Positions 26,692 through 40,604 are shown, numbered from the stretch's first letter. The stretch is 64,000 bases of DNA from Botryllus schlosseri (GCA_051294905.1 CM119371.1:34722001-34786000); one strand, 5' to 3'. Translations and numbers: made by a program. Notes: generated from the sequence alone by a model not told the origin.

Positions 26692-28586
26692 CAGGGGTGG
26701 GCAACCTGCGGTCGTAGAAGGAAATTCAATAAGTATGTGTTATTGGCGGCCGTCGACAGGCAAATTGAACTTACGAATTTGATTACAAAATTTTTGAGAG
26801 ATCTTATTTTATCTTAAAATTTTCTTCGCGCTAGCCGCGATTTAATGCCATACTTATTTTTTCGATTTTAATATAGTATTATCCTTTGTAAGCTAAGCTA
26901 AGGTTTTAACCAAGTCACAAGTCAATCTCACTTTTATAGTTTTGACTCGAGTCAAGTCGAGTCATTTTTATTTCACCACCGAGTCAAGTCCGAGTCCCAG
27001 TCAGGATGAAGATGGCCGAGTCAGAGTCATGGTATTACGACTCGAGTCTGAGTTCAAGTCATATGTCTATACACTGCTCAGTTTCCATCTAAAGTCTTGT
27101 TTACCCACTTTTTATAACTCTGTTTGGTGATATCGAATGGTTCGCATTTATAAATGCTAGTTTTCCCCACTTTCAGCAGTTTCTGGTCGCATTTTCAAGT
27201 ACCATCACCAAGAGACAGAGGTGGTCAAAGTAGTAACGAAAGCTACTCAAGTAGAAGTAGAAGTAGGGACGAAAAAATCTACTCAAGTACGAGTAGAAGT
27301 ACTTCTTCCATAAGCAACCTAAAACTACTTAAAGTAGAATAGACTGAATTTAAATCTAATCAAGTAAGTAAGTAGTTGTTAAAATGATCGTAATTCGTTC
27401 ACATGGATTGTCAAAAGGTGCAAATTAAGCTATGCGACAGGTGTCGAGCTTGATTAATATTGATGCATACCAGGAGGTATCCAATTTGCGACAGCATAAG
27501 CATTCGTCCGATCATGGGATGAAAATGATAGTATTGATATGGAAATGCGATACTAATCCTCTGTTTACTCGAACAGCACGATTTAGAAAACATCATGGTA
27601 TGGCGCACTCCCCAGGGTTGTAATGACTCGAGTCACGATTTTCAGATGACTCGACTCGACTCGAGTCATTTTCTCAAAATACGGAAATGACTCGACTCGA
27701 GTCAATCTGTGTATTGACTCGACTTGGACTCGAGTCATTGCGCATGACTCGGAGCAAGTCATTGACTCGAGATTCAGACGGCCAAGACCGACATTTCATT
27801 GTAATTTCGAAGCCAACACACTGTTGGGATTTCGTTTGTTGGTACTGGTGCTTGAAAATGCGACCAGAAACTGCTAAAAGTGAGGAAGATTAATATATTA
27901 TAAATGCGAACCATTCAATATCACCAAACAGAGTTTAAAAAGTGGGTTTAGGAAGACTTTAACTGGAAACTGAGCAGTCAACACAATGACTTGGACTCGG
28001 ACTCGAGTCATAATACCATGACTCGGACTCGATCCTCTGTTCGCTGACTTGGACTCGGACTTGACTCGGTGGGAATTGAAAATGACTCGACTTGACTTGA
28101 GTCAAAAATATAAAAGTGAGATTGACTTGTGACTCGGAGCCTTATGACTTGGTTAAAACCCTGGCACTCCCCATATTATAAGGCCGGTGGTTTAGTCGAT
28201 GAAGAGCAATGCGGAGAAGTTGCATGGGATACGGTGTAAACACCAGTGAATCTGATAACATGGGCTGATAAAAGATTAATATTTAATAGTAATATGTGAA
28301 TCTACTAATGATGACGAAATGCATTTGCGAATCTGAAAACAATTTCGCGCTTCGCGCGACCAAAACGTATCCCTGTAATTAGTCGGAATATGTCCACTCA
28401 TGATTTCGTTGTGCACAGTAAACCGATATGAGAGTTCACCGGGAATGGACATGGACAGTTTAACATGGGTAAACTGGGTAATTGGCTTCCAGTTAGTTCA
28501 TTGCAGCTTATGCATTGGAATGCGGCCGTAGGCTACATAAGTACTCAAAATGCGGCCGGGAATAGCAAAAAGGTTGCCCACCCCTG
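26692..28586. mobile_element. hAT (Charlie-like) element with several nested MITEs
   Basis: TIR CAGGGGTGGGCAACCT / AGGTTGCCCACCCCTG; flanks gcatagcc / gccatagc (imperfect). Confidence 0.75.
27613..28163. mobile_element. hAT MITE, GACTCGAGTC family
   Basis: Ends CAGGGTTGTAA / TTAAAACCCTG; perfect TSD gcactccc. Confidence 0.9.
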
Positions 28587-29280
28587 GCCATAGCCCATTC
28601 TCAATAGCAATCAACAACATTTTTAGCGCCCTGGATCAGTCAATATCAAGTAGCAGAGAAATATTCGAACACTGAGATGCTGAGGAATGCAACTGATGTC
28701 TCTGTGGATGAGATTTTGGGAATGGCGACTTTGCAATCAGTAAAAACTTCGAATCAAGGCAGAGAGGCGTCGGTATACCCTGAATAACTGGGATAGATTT
28801 CGTGAAATCTAAATTAGTCCGACTTGAAAAATTTTACCTGTATTTTACCTGCTTGGTAGTTCATTTCCTTTTCGTGGTCGTTAATTTCAGGGCGTAAGGT
28901 ACTCTATTTGAAAATTATCTTACTATCCTTTTAAGGAGGCTATTTCAATGAAGTGGAATAATTTCCAGCTCATTCGAGTCGTATATTTTTTTCGTTTACT
29001 GGCAATATCTTCATATAAATTCCACCATAGGCCCTTGTCAAGATCAAAACAAGCGGAAAAGACATTCCTGCCTCTTCAGGCATAACGAACACGATTTTTG
29101 GTCATGTCGGTGTGACGAAATTGGTCACCGTAAATACTATTATTTCAAAAATGACCGAAATTTCAATTTGATTGACTTCGGCCTCTACTGGTTGGAATCG
29201 AGTCAAATTTGGTGTGCAACGTTTTCTCAGGTAACCTGACGATTTGACGACTAAGCCGACGAAATTTGGAAAAATAAGTC

Positions 29281-29701
29281 TAGGGTTACCATATTTTGAG
29301 ACCAGAAAAAGAGGACACTTTTCGAAAATGCTGAAATCTCGCTAGAACCGGAAAAGAAAACTGTTGATTTTGAAAAAATTTCGACCAATAGTACTGTGTT
29401 GACTAAAAAAGGGCATCACTTTTACCCGACTCCCGAATTACTCGCTTTTACCTCATTTCAGAGGTGTTGACTAAAAAAAGTCATCTTCCCCATCCTTGCT
29501 CACTAAATTCCCATCGCGCCGTATTTTTCGTTGATTGTCTTGCCTACTCTGACGTTCGCTGCATCGGATTTCAGTTTCTGAGCACATTTTAACACTTTTT
29601 CGAGAGAAAAAGTGGACAAATTTCCAAAAAGAGGGGGATATTTAGGCGTCCTCCGCGGACACTTTCAATTTATTGAAATATAGAGGACATATGGTAACCC
29701 A
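29281..29701. mobile_element. hAT-type MITE
   Basis: TIR TAGGGTTACCATAT / ATATGGTAACCC with subterminal GAGGACA motifs; TSD not clear. Confidence 0.65.
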
Positions 29702-31739
29702 TGTGACGAGAACACGGATTCTGTAATTTTAACTCGGCTAAATAATCTGCAACTACATTTCAAGAGCTTCTTGGAGGTACACTATTTCAATATACCGCAA
29801 TTGGATAGGATATTCATATTGTAATTAACCCGAATATCATTTGAAAATTCAAGCCGGTGTCATATTTTGTGATACGATTGTTGATGTCAGCCGAAAATAG
29901 TTGGAGTTACGCAGGGAAGTAGAAGTAGTCTAAAATCTTCCGAAAGAAGTTGAACATCCCAAAAATTCCACACTGTAATTTCAATTTAAACAACATGGAA
30001 CTGCAGTCACATACTCATTTAATCTTTCAACATGTTTCATGGCGTGCATAAGGACGGAAATAGACACTGTAAATGTGAATCAAAGGTTAATGTCAGCTTC
30101 AATAGCCGGACCACGTAGCCTACATAATTCTTCCCCGTGGCAATCGTCGAAACGGCTATCCGTAGTTCACGGAAGTGTATCTATGCAACGAGGTTGAAAT
30201 AGTATCAATTATTATTTTTTCGCTGTCAGGTCCTTGAAATTGATAGCAGCTCATACAGTTTATATATAATATCACTAAAGGGTGTGCCCACCAAAAGCAG
30301 TAAAACACATGTTTCGATTAGGCTAACTTGATTCATTTTAATGTTCAACAGTGACCTTGAACACTATGATTCTGAACATTCACTTAACCTGCAAAAGTAT
30401 ACGAACTTTTCGTGGACCAGTATAGCGTAATAAAATCCTTCGCAGACCGCCGCGTAATGTTTGAATATGCTTTTCGATCGCGGTATTTAATCAAGACTCC
30501 CTAATGACAAAGTTATAGTCTCCACTGCCGGATGACCAAGGCTACATGAGGAGAGAGTATCTGAGTTTATGGCTATACTCACCATCCGGCGGTGGTGGTT
30601 GTATCCTCTCCGCTCAGTAGTCGAGCGGGGATTGAACTTATCAATGACAATTACCGACGTGACTGACTTGCGTGCCTGAGTGAAATTACCTCCATTTTCT
30701 TGTCTTTACATGCAATAAAACATAGTCCGTGACAATAAAACCGCGGTACGGCGTGCATGGCTGTTTCTGTGACGTATCGCACGACATGCTGCAATAATAC
30801 ACTATCATGTTGTATAGGCCTTGGGCGGGCTATATGTGCATTGTGCATGCAAGCTGCAGATATTAGTTTCACACGGTACGCTTAGAACCTTACTACGTAT
30901 AATGTTTCAGTTCTTCAAAAGGCAGTGACCCTCAATCGTACGCGCCGACGTAGTATGGAACAATACAGGGAAAGCAATGCCACACGCATTGGCCCTGTAA
31001 TGCGAATATAATGCTAGTCAATTCCTCATGTGATATAGGCCACAACAAATCTTTTATGATTGCGTTACTAAGCTAAGTAATTGCTGCGAACTAATTGAGG
31101 ATAGTTGAATGATGTAGGCTACTTTTCAAGCAGCTTATTCCAAAAGATTTTAATATAGGGGTAATAGTGCTGCGATTGTTAAAGAATATATTCATTTTTC
31201 TTGGGGTGTATTTTGACATAGGTGAGAATAACGGATAAAGACCTATATACGACAGCAATTAAGGACATTGGTAGATGTATATGAAGTTTTGATTGATTTA
31301 TCCTAAGCAGGTCCGTACACACGCGCTTTTATATACGATACTGCGAGCTATTGATTGTCCTCTGTTACGTGACCGAACATTTCGCATTTACCGTGAAATG
31401 AAATTTTATAATATGTAACGCTGCAATCGAAGCTTCCTTGAGTTAGTTAGAAAAGGCCATCACAGTGTCATTAGAGCAAATAGAGCCCGACTGCAGGCAC
31501 CGAATAAATCGTTTTTTTTCGCCATGTTGCAGATTTCTCCACGTTTTAAGTATTGCGACTGAGACGAGGAAAGGCAGGCAGAATTCAAAGAACGTAGTTG
31601 TTGGTTTAATACTCGAGGTGTTTAATTCTCGGATTTCGGGGAGCTTCGAAACTTAAGGCCATTTTACAATCATTCCATATTCATTTTGTTGTGCCAAGCA
31701 AGCATTTTGTACGACGAGAAGGCCTAAAAAACCGGCCGA

Positions 31740-32020
31740 TGATGATGTTGTTTATGGTATGGTGCTTGTCGATTACAGTGGTCATTTACACCAGATCCAT
31801 CTTCTTTGTTGTTTGTTTGTTTTGGGGTATTCATGGTGTTTGTCGACTACTATGGACATTTACACAAGGCCGCAGCTGCCGACTTACTGTAGCACAGCCC
31901 ATTTCTAGGCTGCCGATAAGCCTAATAAACCTGTAGCCGACCTCGCTCGGACATCGAACCCCCAACGTATTGGTAGTGTAACACTGTAGCAGAGGATCGC
32001 ACCACTACCCTATCTCGTCA
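31740..32020 (-). mobile_element. Degenerate tRNA-derived SINE-like repeat
   Basis: Minus-strand A-box-like TAGGGTAGTGG and B-box-like GGTTCGATGTCC; body gtagtcgacaaacaccatga is shared with ~39050-39155; simple-repeat tail. Confidence 0.5.
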
Positions 32021-32811
32021 CACCGTAAACGGCACCAGCAGTGTCGAAGTCAACTAACCAACTGCCATCTCCATCTGCTGTAAAGGAGACAAAAACAAGA
32101 AAAAACCGCGGTCGCGGGGTTTCTCATTACGGACCACACATATGAAATATATTAACCACAGGATTCATGTAGAGCTCACCAGGCTATAGTCCGTTGAAGT
32201 GCTGTGCATCCTTGACAATTTTCACATTAAATGTATAGGCAGGGGTGTTCGACGTAAACCTAGTCAACGTTGCTACTCAAGTAGAAGTAGAAGTAACGCA
32301 GTAAATTATATTAAACTACAAGTAGAAGTATAGCGCTTTCGAGACATGCCGAAACCATTTCAAGTAAGTATAAAATTGAAGGTATGCCGTAATTGGTAAG
32401 TATAAGTGGCAGTATAGTCTGAAAATAGAACCTATTGAGAACTTAGTGTAAGGAGGCAAAAACTGCTTAGTTGCTGACCACTTTTTGGTGCCACAGAATC
32501 ATTATGATAAAGGCAAGCGACAATTCGACACACATATACAAAACAGAAAAGTCAAGCAATGCTATATAAAATATATGACATAAAATATAAAATGGATTTT
32601 CACATGCATGTATACAAACGCATCGGCCAGCCTTCAGTATAACCATAAAACATTTCAGAAACACGCGTGTGTACTGTGAGTAGTAAAAGCCCGTTGCGAT
32701 CAAAATAGCTACATAGGCTCATTTTTTTGGTGCCACATCAAATGATTCAACGGCACTCTCGTCTCCATGCATACTTCATCAAACCAGCTGTTTCAATCTC
32801 AGGAACTGCGG

Positions 32812-33756
32812 TTAGTGAACTAAATGCGAGCGCCTGTTTGCAGCAAGCTTCAGCACGGCATCAGTGTTCCACTTTTCGTGGGCTTTGCGCTGCGGGATAT
32901 CGATTCCGTAATACCAAAACAAGCACGCGAGCTGCTGGTGCCTTTGCTGTCGCTCTTCCAGTCCGTTTTTCAAAGATTTCATCAACTCCGAGCTTGGAAT
33001 CCAGTCAGCGTTGCTGTCTAGGACAGACCACACAGCTAACGGTTTCGGACGCATCCACTTCCCGCTACAATCATTCTGATTGAGCACACGGTTCTCTGGG
33101 AGACAAGAGGTTTCGGCTCTACTAAGTTTGATAGTTAAGCGACGCTGTTTAATTTCGTTTTTCAGCCAATCGAAACATTTCGTTTTCTGTCCGCCATTGA
33201 TATCTTCATTACCAACTCTTTCGAATATGAATTTCTCGTAGTACAACTCATCTACGTCCGGGCGTTCGGGCGCAACTATGTACACTGCATCCAAGCCCTT
33301 TTCGAGCCGCCTTTCATTCATTGCATAAATCACGGAATGAGTGCTTTCGATAGCATACTCCGCGTCAATCTTCAGATTAACCCCGAAATTCATTAATTCA
33401 GTAGCCGTGTATTTGTATATATGCAGTTTCCGGTACAGGATTTCATTCATTCTGAGAATCAGAGACTTGCAGGGAATCCAGTTACTGTCGCTTTCAATTC
33501 TAGCACGTATCGTACTGGTGGACGGATACATCCAGGTTCCTTCACATGTGTAATCATTGATTTCGCAACAGCACTTTCCTTTCACGAGCTTTCTGCTTTT
33601 GATGATTTTAAATTTGATTGTGACGTTTTCGTTGTCGATTTCCTCTCGCAGCCAATCAAACCAGTTGATTTTCTCTGTGTCGTTCTCGACTGATACCGGT
33701 CTTGATACGATGGAATCATAAGTAACGCAACTTTGCGGCCGTTCGTCACTAAGCAT
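32812..33756 (-). CDS. Uncharacterised 314-aa protein made of two tandem diverged ~155-aa domains
   Basis: ATG-started 945-nt ORF in AT-rich DNA; internal repeat conserved at protein level (FDWLxxEI...TIK...CxGxWMxP...SxxxWIP...G[VI][ND]...RR); acceptor-like ttttag 5 nt upstream of the ATG. Confidence 0.8.
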   Translation of the reverse strand: MLSDERPQSCVTYDSIVSRPVSVENDTEKINWFDWLREEIDNENVTIKFKIIKSRKLVKGKCCCEINDYTCEGTWMYPSTSTIRARIESDSNWIPCKSLILRMNEILYRKLHIYKYTATELMNFGVNLKIDAEYAIESTHSVIYAMNERRLEKGLDAVYIVAPERPDVDELYYEKFIFERVGNEDINGGQKTKCFDWLKNEIKQRRLTIKLSRAETSCLPENRVLNQNDCSGKWMRPKPLAVWSVLDSNADWIPSSELMKSLKNGLEERQQRHQQLACLFWYYGIDIPQRKAHEKWNTDAVLKLAANRRSHLVH

Positions 33757-35039
33757 CGTAACTAAAACATTGGTTTGTCATGAGCTATATACCTAAACAG
33801 TAGAGGAAAATCACTTTATTTTCCAAACTGGATCAAATACTTTCAAACCACTTCAAGTAGGTCGAGGATTAGCATACTTTTAGTCGAAAATGACTACTTT
33901 CAAAATTGCCTATATCTTCGAGACTAACGAAAAATAAGTGCAATCCTTGAAAATATCGTTGCTATTAAATCAAAGTACTGCAGCTTCTGTCCATTTTACA
34001 CATGTTGAGAAAACTAACTTTATGTAGAGTTCTCATTTTCTTTCGGCCATATATTGGCCACGATTAACTTTGAAACGATGTGATAAACATAAACATGGCC
34101 AAGATAAGACCGTAAACATGAAAATTTTACAGAAGCATGATTTTCTATAAGTTTGAAAAATGGAACTAAAATTTCTTAAAAAGGGACATAAGCCACTTTG
34201 ATTACCCCTCGACGATATATTCAGTTAGCGTGATGCAGGACGATTTCACTTAGACATTTGATGCAAACTTATCACGAAGGTATATACTCTCCACTTTTCG
34301 ACATCTGACTGTAAAATTTGAAAATCCTGCTTTTCGCGTCATAATATGTGATGAATTATTTCAATTTTGTGCTTTCGACGAGATCCCGCTAACATGTTGC
34401 TTATAGCCCGTGGCGAACTGAATTTCTTTTTATTTCTATACTCGGTATTGACTTCATTCCTTTCTGCGTGCACACTGTGGACATACGTGTAGCTGTTATG
34501 GTCCGCCCATAGATACTCTACGTTTATCAGTTACTGTCATACTTATTAAATAACATCTATCCGTGACTATGGCTATACCTTGTACGCATCACATTAATCT
34601 AACAAAAGGTATATTTTATTATCGTCAGGAATACATCGTTCAATCAAACATCTCGGTTACATACGTCTCTTAACTTCATTAGACTAAACATAAGCTTTTA
34701 CAAACGGGGGACTTTAAATCGGGCAGTAAGCTCAAGTGTCGAACCGCTATTGTGATAACAGTAATTCGAGATTGCAGGCGTGGTGATATAGGTCTTTTGT
34801 TTGATATGCTACTCGTACACCGATCATATTGCGCGCGTGAATGCGAAGACCTTATGACATCTAGTTCGATTTCAGTGCCTTATCCTTCATAATTATTGTC
34901 CAGTCTACCAGACCGTTTATTTTGTAAGTCACCACTTCCGTACATTGGTAATAATATTTTATCAATAATTTATTCGGATATTGGGATTCGAGTCAATTCG
35001 AATATCACTCAGTAAGTAACACTTGAGTATATATATACG

Positions 35040-35450
35040 TCCCTTTTATACGACCTCGAAGAATATAATGCCAGTTCTTTTATTGCACTTCGTGACAATA
35101 TACTGTGGGTTGATCGGGATTTCAGAGATATGCTATGTTCACTAACGTGCATAGCTTTGTACAACACGATTCCTATGCCGCGATACGACCGATATAAGTT
35201 TCCAGGCTTCCACAGTGGAAACTAGTATCGAAACTATAATTGTCGTTGATAACTTGACTCTCAATGGTATAATATCAGTACTCGAAAAAACGCTATGCTG
35301 CGTAGCGTATCTACTTTTACGAAATTATGATGCTGCCTCTATTCTTATCATTGACATGAAAAGTACATTCAGATTTTGCAAGTCACGGCTGCTTTCATCT
35401 ATCGTGATCAGCTGTATCCCTGTATCGTCATGTGCGGCATGAACTTTCGT
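35040..35450 (-). mobile_element. Possible old RTE-clade LINE reverse-transcriptase remnant
   Basis: Interrupted minus-strand frame IRIEAAS*FRK...VFSSTDIIPLRVKLSTTIIVSILVSTVEAWKL resembles the RTE pattern RIxxAxxxF...KLxLYxTxVxSILxYGxEAWxL. Confidence 0.4.
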
Positions 35451-37479
35451 TAATGTCACGTTGCCAGCCAATCAAAATACCACATGCAACAGATGAATTC
35501 CGACACTTCCTACATAAGCCTGAGGCTAATTGTTAGGATGTACGATTAATCTTATTCTAGACTCTGTACGTCTGCTTCCTAAGGGTACTGCATCCTAGTC
35601 GAGGAGTATTCCAGTATAGTTCATAATTCAATCTTGTGACAGGAAATGATAGCGGCCGACTAAGCGATTGATACGATTTGACAAAGATGTTGTAAATGCG
35701 AGCCAATGCGAAATCTTGCAATGACGTTCACGGTACATTGCTCGGTAATGCAGCAACTTGAACAATGAACATTGTATAGTAGAATCGTGTTGATTATCTG
35801 GAATTCATAAGACGAGATATAGTGTCGCAAAATCAATAACAAGCAGCAGCAAGACAATAAATTATACTGGATAATGTTTAGACAGAGGTTTGGCTTACAT
35901 TAAACTCTGCTGTAAGTCGTAATTGTATCTCAGCATTACAAAAGGATGCAAGTATTTTCTTGACGTTTCATGGGTTTGGTACAGGGGCGGCCAACCCGTG
36001 GCCCGCGGGCAAAATACGGCCCGTGAGGTAATTCTTGAAATTAGTTATAACATCAGGTAAACTTGCAACGCCAACCAAACCTTGATTAGCCTGACCGCGA
36101 AATTTGATGATCACTGAAACATCAGTTCCGACGCAATGGCGCAACCAGGGGTTCATAACTTTATTTCGCGCGGTGCCACTTTGGAGAAATTTTCATGGTT
36201 TGGTGCTCCACATATTTCGAGGATCGTATATACGCGTTGCATATCCGTTTTTAAATGAACCCGAATATTTTCGGCTGACACTCGTCGGGGGTAATCGTCA
36301 GCAGCTAGTAGAGAATTGGAAAGAACATCGTATATCAACAATCCTATCACAATGTTCTTTCGTATTCTCTTCTCACTGCCGACGATTGTCAGCAGACAAC
36401 ATTCTGGTTTATTTCAATATGAATATACTATTCAATTGTATGTTGAAGTTCTATGCATCCGAGAACCTCTTCATATAGTATTTCATTTCAGAACAAGTTG
36501 ATATAGAACCGATCCTACAATCCGACGGGCACCATGAGTCTGAAATTGGCTGCAGCTGCTGGGATGATTGTGACACTTTTGCGTCTATTCTCAGTAGGGG
36601 AGTTGTCTCCGACTGGACCACCTACAGACTCCATGGCAGAAATGGTAAATTTTGACAAAATACAACTAGTAAATCAATGACACTGTAATCTCTGTGACGG
36701 TAGTGCAGGATGAATGCTGTTCGAAATATGAGCTCAGTACCGATTCGTGACGTGTGCTTACCTGTTACGAGATGGCAACGCTTGTCCCCGTATACGCTAC
36801 GCAGGCATGTTTGTTTTTGGCAAACGCCAAAAATACAAAACATAGATTATTTTTGGAATGTTTCAGATTTTATTTTCGGCGATTTTGCCATCGCCATGAA
36901 TTCATAATTCATAGAGTCGAATTCACCAGGTTAGGCAATTTGGTTTGGTCACAAAACGTGTAGCATCCACTTAGCGCCATCTAACAGCAAGATTAAAAAA
37001 CGAATTGACAACAACATAATATTTTGCACAGCGATGCGAAGCGAGCGAACTAGGTCGCGCGTGGCGGCTTCATGATGTAACAAAATGCACTATAGCGATG
37101 GCAACAGGAAAATGCCGAGTCATTGCGCTAAATCCAAAATTCAGGGCTCTCAGTCACGGATTCCAAAATATACTGATTGCAAACGAAAATCCTATATACT
37201 CTTGCTGGCAAGGATTATCTACTTCCTAATCGCCAGACTCGTCAATCCGTAAGTTGGCGGTACTTCCAAATTTAATCTGCCGATTTCATGGCCTCGATCC
37301 TAAGATTTTCATTCACCTTTCATGGACCCCTTGAAAGGTAGTCCGCGGACCCAAAGGAAAGGACTTGATGTCCTTGATGTTTTTTGCGGCATATACACCG
37401 ACTCATGATACACATACACACGATCTGTGCATATGCACACCATGAGTGCATGATGTGCATATGCCGCTGGACAAGGAAG

Positions 37480-37667
37480 TGCAGATATAGCCTTTACGGC
37501 TTTTTAAGTCATGCACCACCTCTCCATGCTATCCCAGTAGTGCATGAGCGCCAAGCAGGGTAGTCATGGATACCAGTGTTACTAATCAGGTCTTTGGTCT
37601 GACCCGGCCGGGGATCGAACCCACGGCCTACCGATCAAGAAGCCGGACGCTTCACCATTACGCTATA
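37480..37667 (-). mobile_element. tRNA-derived SINE
   Basis: Minus strand: A box TAGCGTAATGG, B box GGTTCGATCCC, then GGTCAGACCAAAGAC...CCCTGCTTGGCGCTCA, which resembles a conserved SINE central domain. Confidence 0.75.
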
Positions 37668-37947
37668 TCTTGTCGGCGTATGGTTAACGGGCCCCTAAGC
37701 AAGAATTTTGCGTTCCGCACTTGTTTTGTCGCTTCATACCTACTCCTTTCAATTTTATCAACAACTTTCATAAGCACATATATTTTTGAAAAACCCTTAT
37801 TTTTGGAATATCAAAAATTCTTATTTCTGGCAATTTTGGCACCTGGTTCCCGAAATGCCAATAATAAACGTGAATGTATATAGGCCTAGCTACATCCCGT
37901 CTCAAATTCATCACACGAATTCGTAAAGTTATGGCGTGATATCAACT

Positions 37948-38050
37948 ATGAACGACGGGTTGAATTTTCAGCCTCGGGACACCGCAGGTATCATTAAACG
38001 AGGACCGTCTTGCGCTGTGTCGGAATACAACGAAGAGCTATCAAGAGGCG
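37948..38050 (+). CDS. Candidate upstream coding exon of the rhodanese gene (start uncertain: ATG 37948 or acceptor at 37971)
   Basis: Frame MNDGLNFQPRDTAGIIKRGPSCAVSEYNEELSRG ends at donor G|gtacgt in phase 1, compatible with the exon at 39626; no homology recognised. Confidence 0.35.
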
Positions 38051-38547
38051 GTACGTCTATCGTCAGTTTCTTTCAGTTAAATATCTATGAATACTATATA
38101 GCTTTCGTTACGTTACCGATCAGGGATATCTAGATATCTGGATGTCTCTAGTCACGGAATAACGGCAATAACATTAATTTTTGAAGCCACCCCGCTTCTA
38201 ATGAATGAATTAACCTTAGGGCTGGGTACAATGATTTGAGTCGACAGACAGTCGAGCGCTAAAATTACACGCCCCTAGCCTTATATTATATCATGTTTTC
38301 CTGAGAATACTACAGGGGAACAGTATAGTGCGAAACTAACCAAGCTTTTTACACATAGCCTACATTTGCTAATCTCATTATTATGAGAAAATGGGCTCCG
38401 ATTTGATATGAACCGAACTTGATTCAATTTACAAGCTTTCGCAAATTCAGTAATTCTAATTCCAATCAAATTCAAAAAACCTGTGTAGCTAAAATTCTAA
38501 CTCGAATCTAATTTTGAAAGGCTGAAAGTTTTCTAGATGTCCTAGCC

Positions 38548-39429
38548 CAGGGGCGGGCAGCTTCTCCAGTCGGTGGGCCGGATATAGGAAAATTATAAGT
38601 ACTTGGAGGGCCGGATTGCTGAATCGATACATCATTCGTCCATTTATTCACATACACAAGGAATAAATCGTATTTAATGAATGTATTTTAACGACAGCAA
38701 TGTCACATCACAGCTACTTCTCGTCGATAATGACGAAGACAATGTGGATTAGGGAGTAGCGTTGCCATACAGGCGCCACCATGTCTGGTTCTCTCTGATC
38801 AGTCGACACACGGTGCAATCCTTAAGTACGATTTCAAGGCGTTCGATAAGTCCAGTACCCCATATTTACAAAGATATCAATTCATTCGGGTTGAGTAGGT
38901 GACGAGATAGTGTCGTGTTCAACTGTGTGGCCTAATTACTCTCGATATTGAATTCATGCGACCTACGTCCTCGACAAAATTTGAATAGTTGCCCGCGACC
39001 CGTTTTGAGTTGGCAACCACTGACATAAGCGGTGTCTTACAAAAGCCTAGAAGTGTGCCGTGCTACATGTCGGCAGTTACGGAATCAAAATTAAGAAATA
39101 TCAGCCTGGCGTAAATGACCGTTGTAGTCGACAAACACCATGATTACCACAAACGAAATCGTTGAGTACATCGTAAATGCCGATAATGCAAGTCGTCTCG
39201 CTTCGACGAACTTTCGCGTAAGCTCCACTCTCGCACGCTGCGCATACTCGCATATAATAGGAATAACATACAGTCACTAAAATTAGACATAGTAAACAAG
39301 TAGTAGGGTATATCGGCAGACTGAGGCCACGGGCCACATTATCATGTAAGACGGAAAACAGTCCTAAGGCCGGACAAAATCTCTTCGCGGGCCGGATCCG
39401 TCCCGCGGGCAGTAGGTTGCCCGCCCCTG
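38548..39429. mobile_element. hAT (Charlie-like) MITE; diverged sister copy at ~41227-41790
   Basis: TIR CAGGGGCGGGCA / TGCCCGCCCCTG; perfect TSD tcctagcc. Confidence 0.9.
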
Positions 39430-39625
39430 TCCTAGCCTGATATGAAGGTGATGGGCACGCAGGCCGCATGCGGCCCGCAAGTTGATTTTCTTACGGATGG
39501 CAAACAATGCTGGCAGTTGTTAGGCTATAGCCAGTAGCCACTCATTCTGATTTCCAGTCGGGCTCTTATAATATTCATTGTCACCCTGCCGTTTTTCGCT
39601 AATGCTTGTTAACGTTATAACGCAG

Positions 39626-39763
39626 TGCAATCACTTTCGTATCAACAAATGTACAATTTGATCAAGTACAACCAATCGGAATTCGTACTCGTGGACATCA
39701 GGAGGCCCGACGAATACGCGCAAGGATACATCCCGACTGCGTTCCTGGTCACAATCACCAACG
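39626..39763 (+). CDS. Single-domain rhodanese (TSTD1/TSTD3-like) exon A
   Basis: cgcag|TG...G|gtaag (phase 1-1); QSLSYQQMYNLIKYNQSEFVLVDIRRPDEYAQGYIPTA matches the rhodanese motif lvDvRxxxEyxxGhIPxA. Confidence 0.88.
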
Positions 39764-40036
39764 GTAAGGATATCACAATAAAGAGGCTGATTTTCTCGAA
39801 TCAGTGATTCACCAATCCCCGCACTTTTACATTACATATCTAACAAGTGGATCCGACTTACATATGTCCGACTATAGGTAGGGGACAAATACCTTTTATT
39901 TTAGGTATGTCGAATAGACGATCTGAGGGGATCTGAAATTACAATATTTTGTTTTTTTATTCTTCTTCTTTTAATCTTTAATCAGCGTGCAACTGTGCTG
40001 TGAACGGGGCACGCCTCTAGCAACATCTTCTAGGGC

Positions 40037-40450
40037 CAGTGGTTCTCAACCTTTTTCGACTCATCGCCGCCCTGTCAATCTCAAAACAAATTTTCGCCCC
40101 GCATATTTACGGATATGAAAAAGAGTACATAGCCTATATAAACTGGAAATTTATTCACTTAACTCAGTTCGCTGGTGAATGTACTAAAAAATGGCATTTT
40201 TCCGAGGCTGTAGGTGCTCGTGTAACCGGTTTCCGTGTCTACTTCCCCATTGAATTGACACTTTTTTCGCATCATGATCAGAATAAGCCACCTTCACGTT
40301 CATTTTTGGCGGTTTTAATTAAATATATCTACATGTACGTCCAAACATTTTCTCACCCCATCGCCCCCTGTCGCCTCTTTGGTATTTAGGCCCCCTTGAT
40401 TCTCAAAATCACCCACCGGAGGGCGATATCGCCCACGTTGGGAACCATTG
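40037..40450. mobile_element. hAT MITE (CAGTGGTTCTCAAC type)
   Basis: Ends CAGTGGTTCTCAAC / GTTGGGAACCATTG; ttctagg on both flanks. Confidence 0.75.
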
Positions 40451-40604
40451 TTCTAGGTCCAGGTATGGGTTTCAGATTAGAAGGCTACTCCCAATTCGCT
40501 TCGATGTCTTTCTATCTTTCATTGTATCGCAATCTTGTGGCGTTTCGAATTGATGAAATTATTTGAAAGCAGATACTGCTAGCATACCGAACTTCCATTG
40601 GAAC

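Noticed and set aside
36970..37110. CTCF-like (gcgccatcta) and RFX half-site (atggcaac) motifs near a possible promoter
   Set aside because: Only partial matches that are expected by chance; not supportable without chromatin data.
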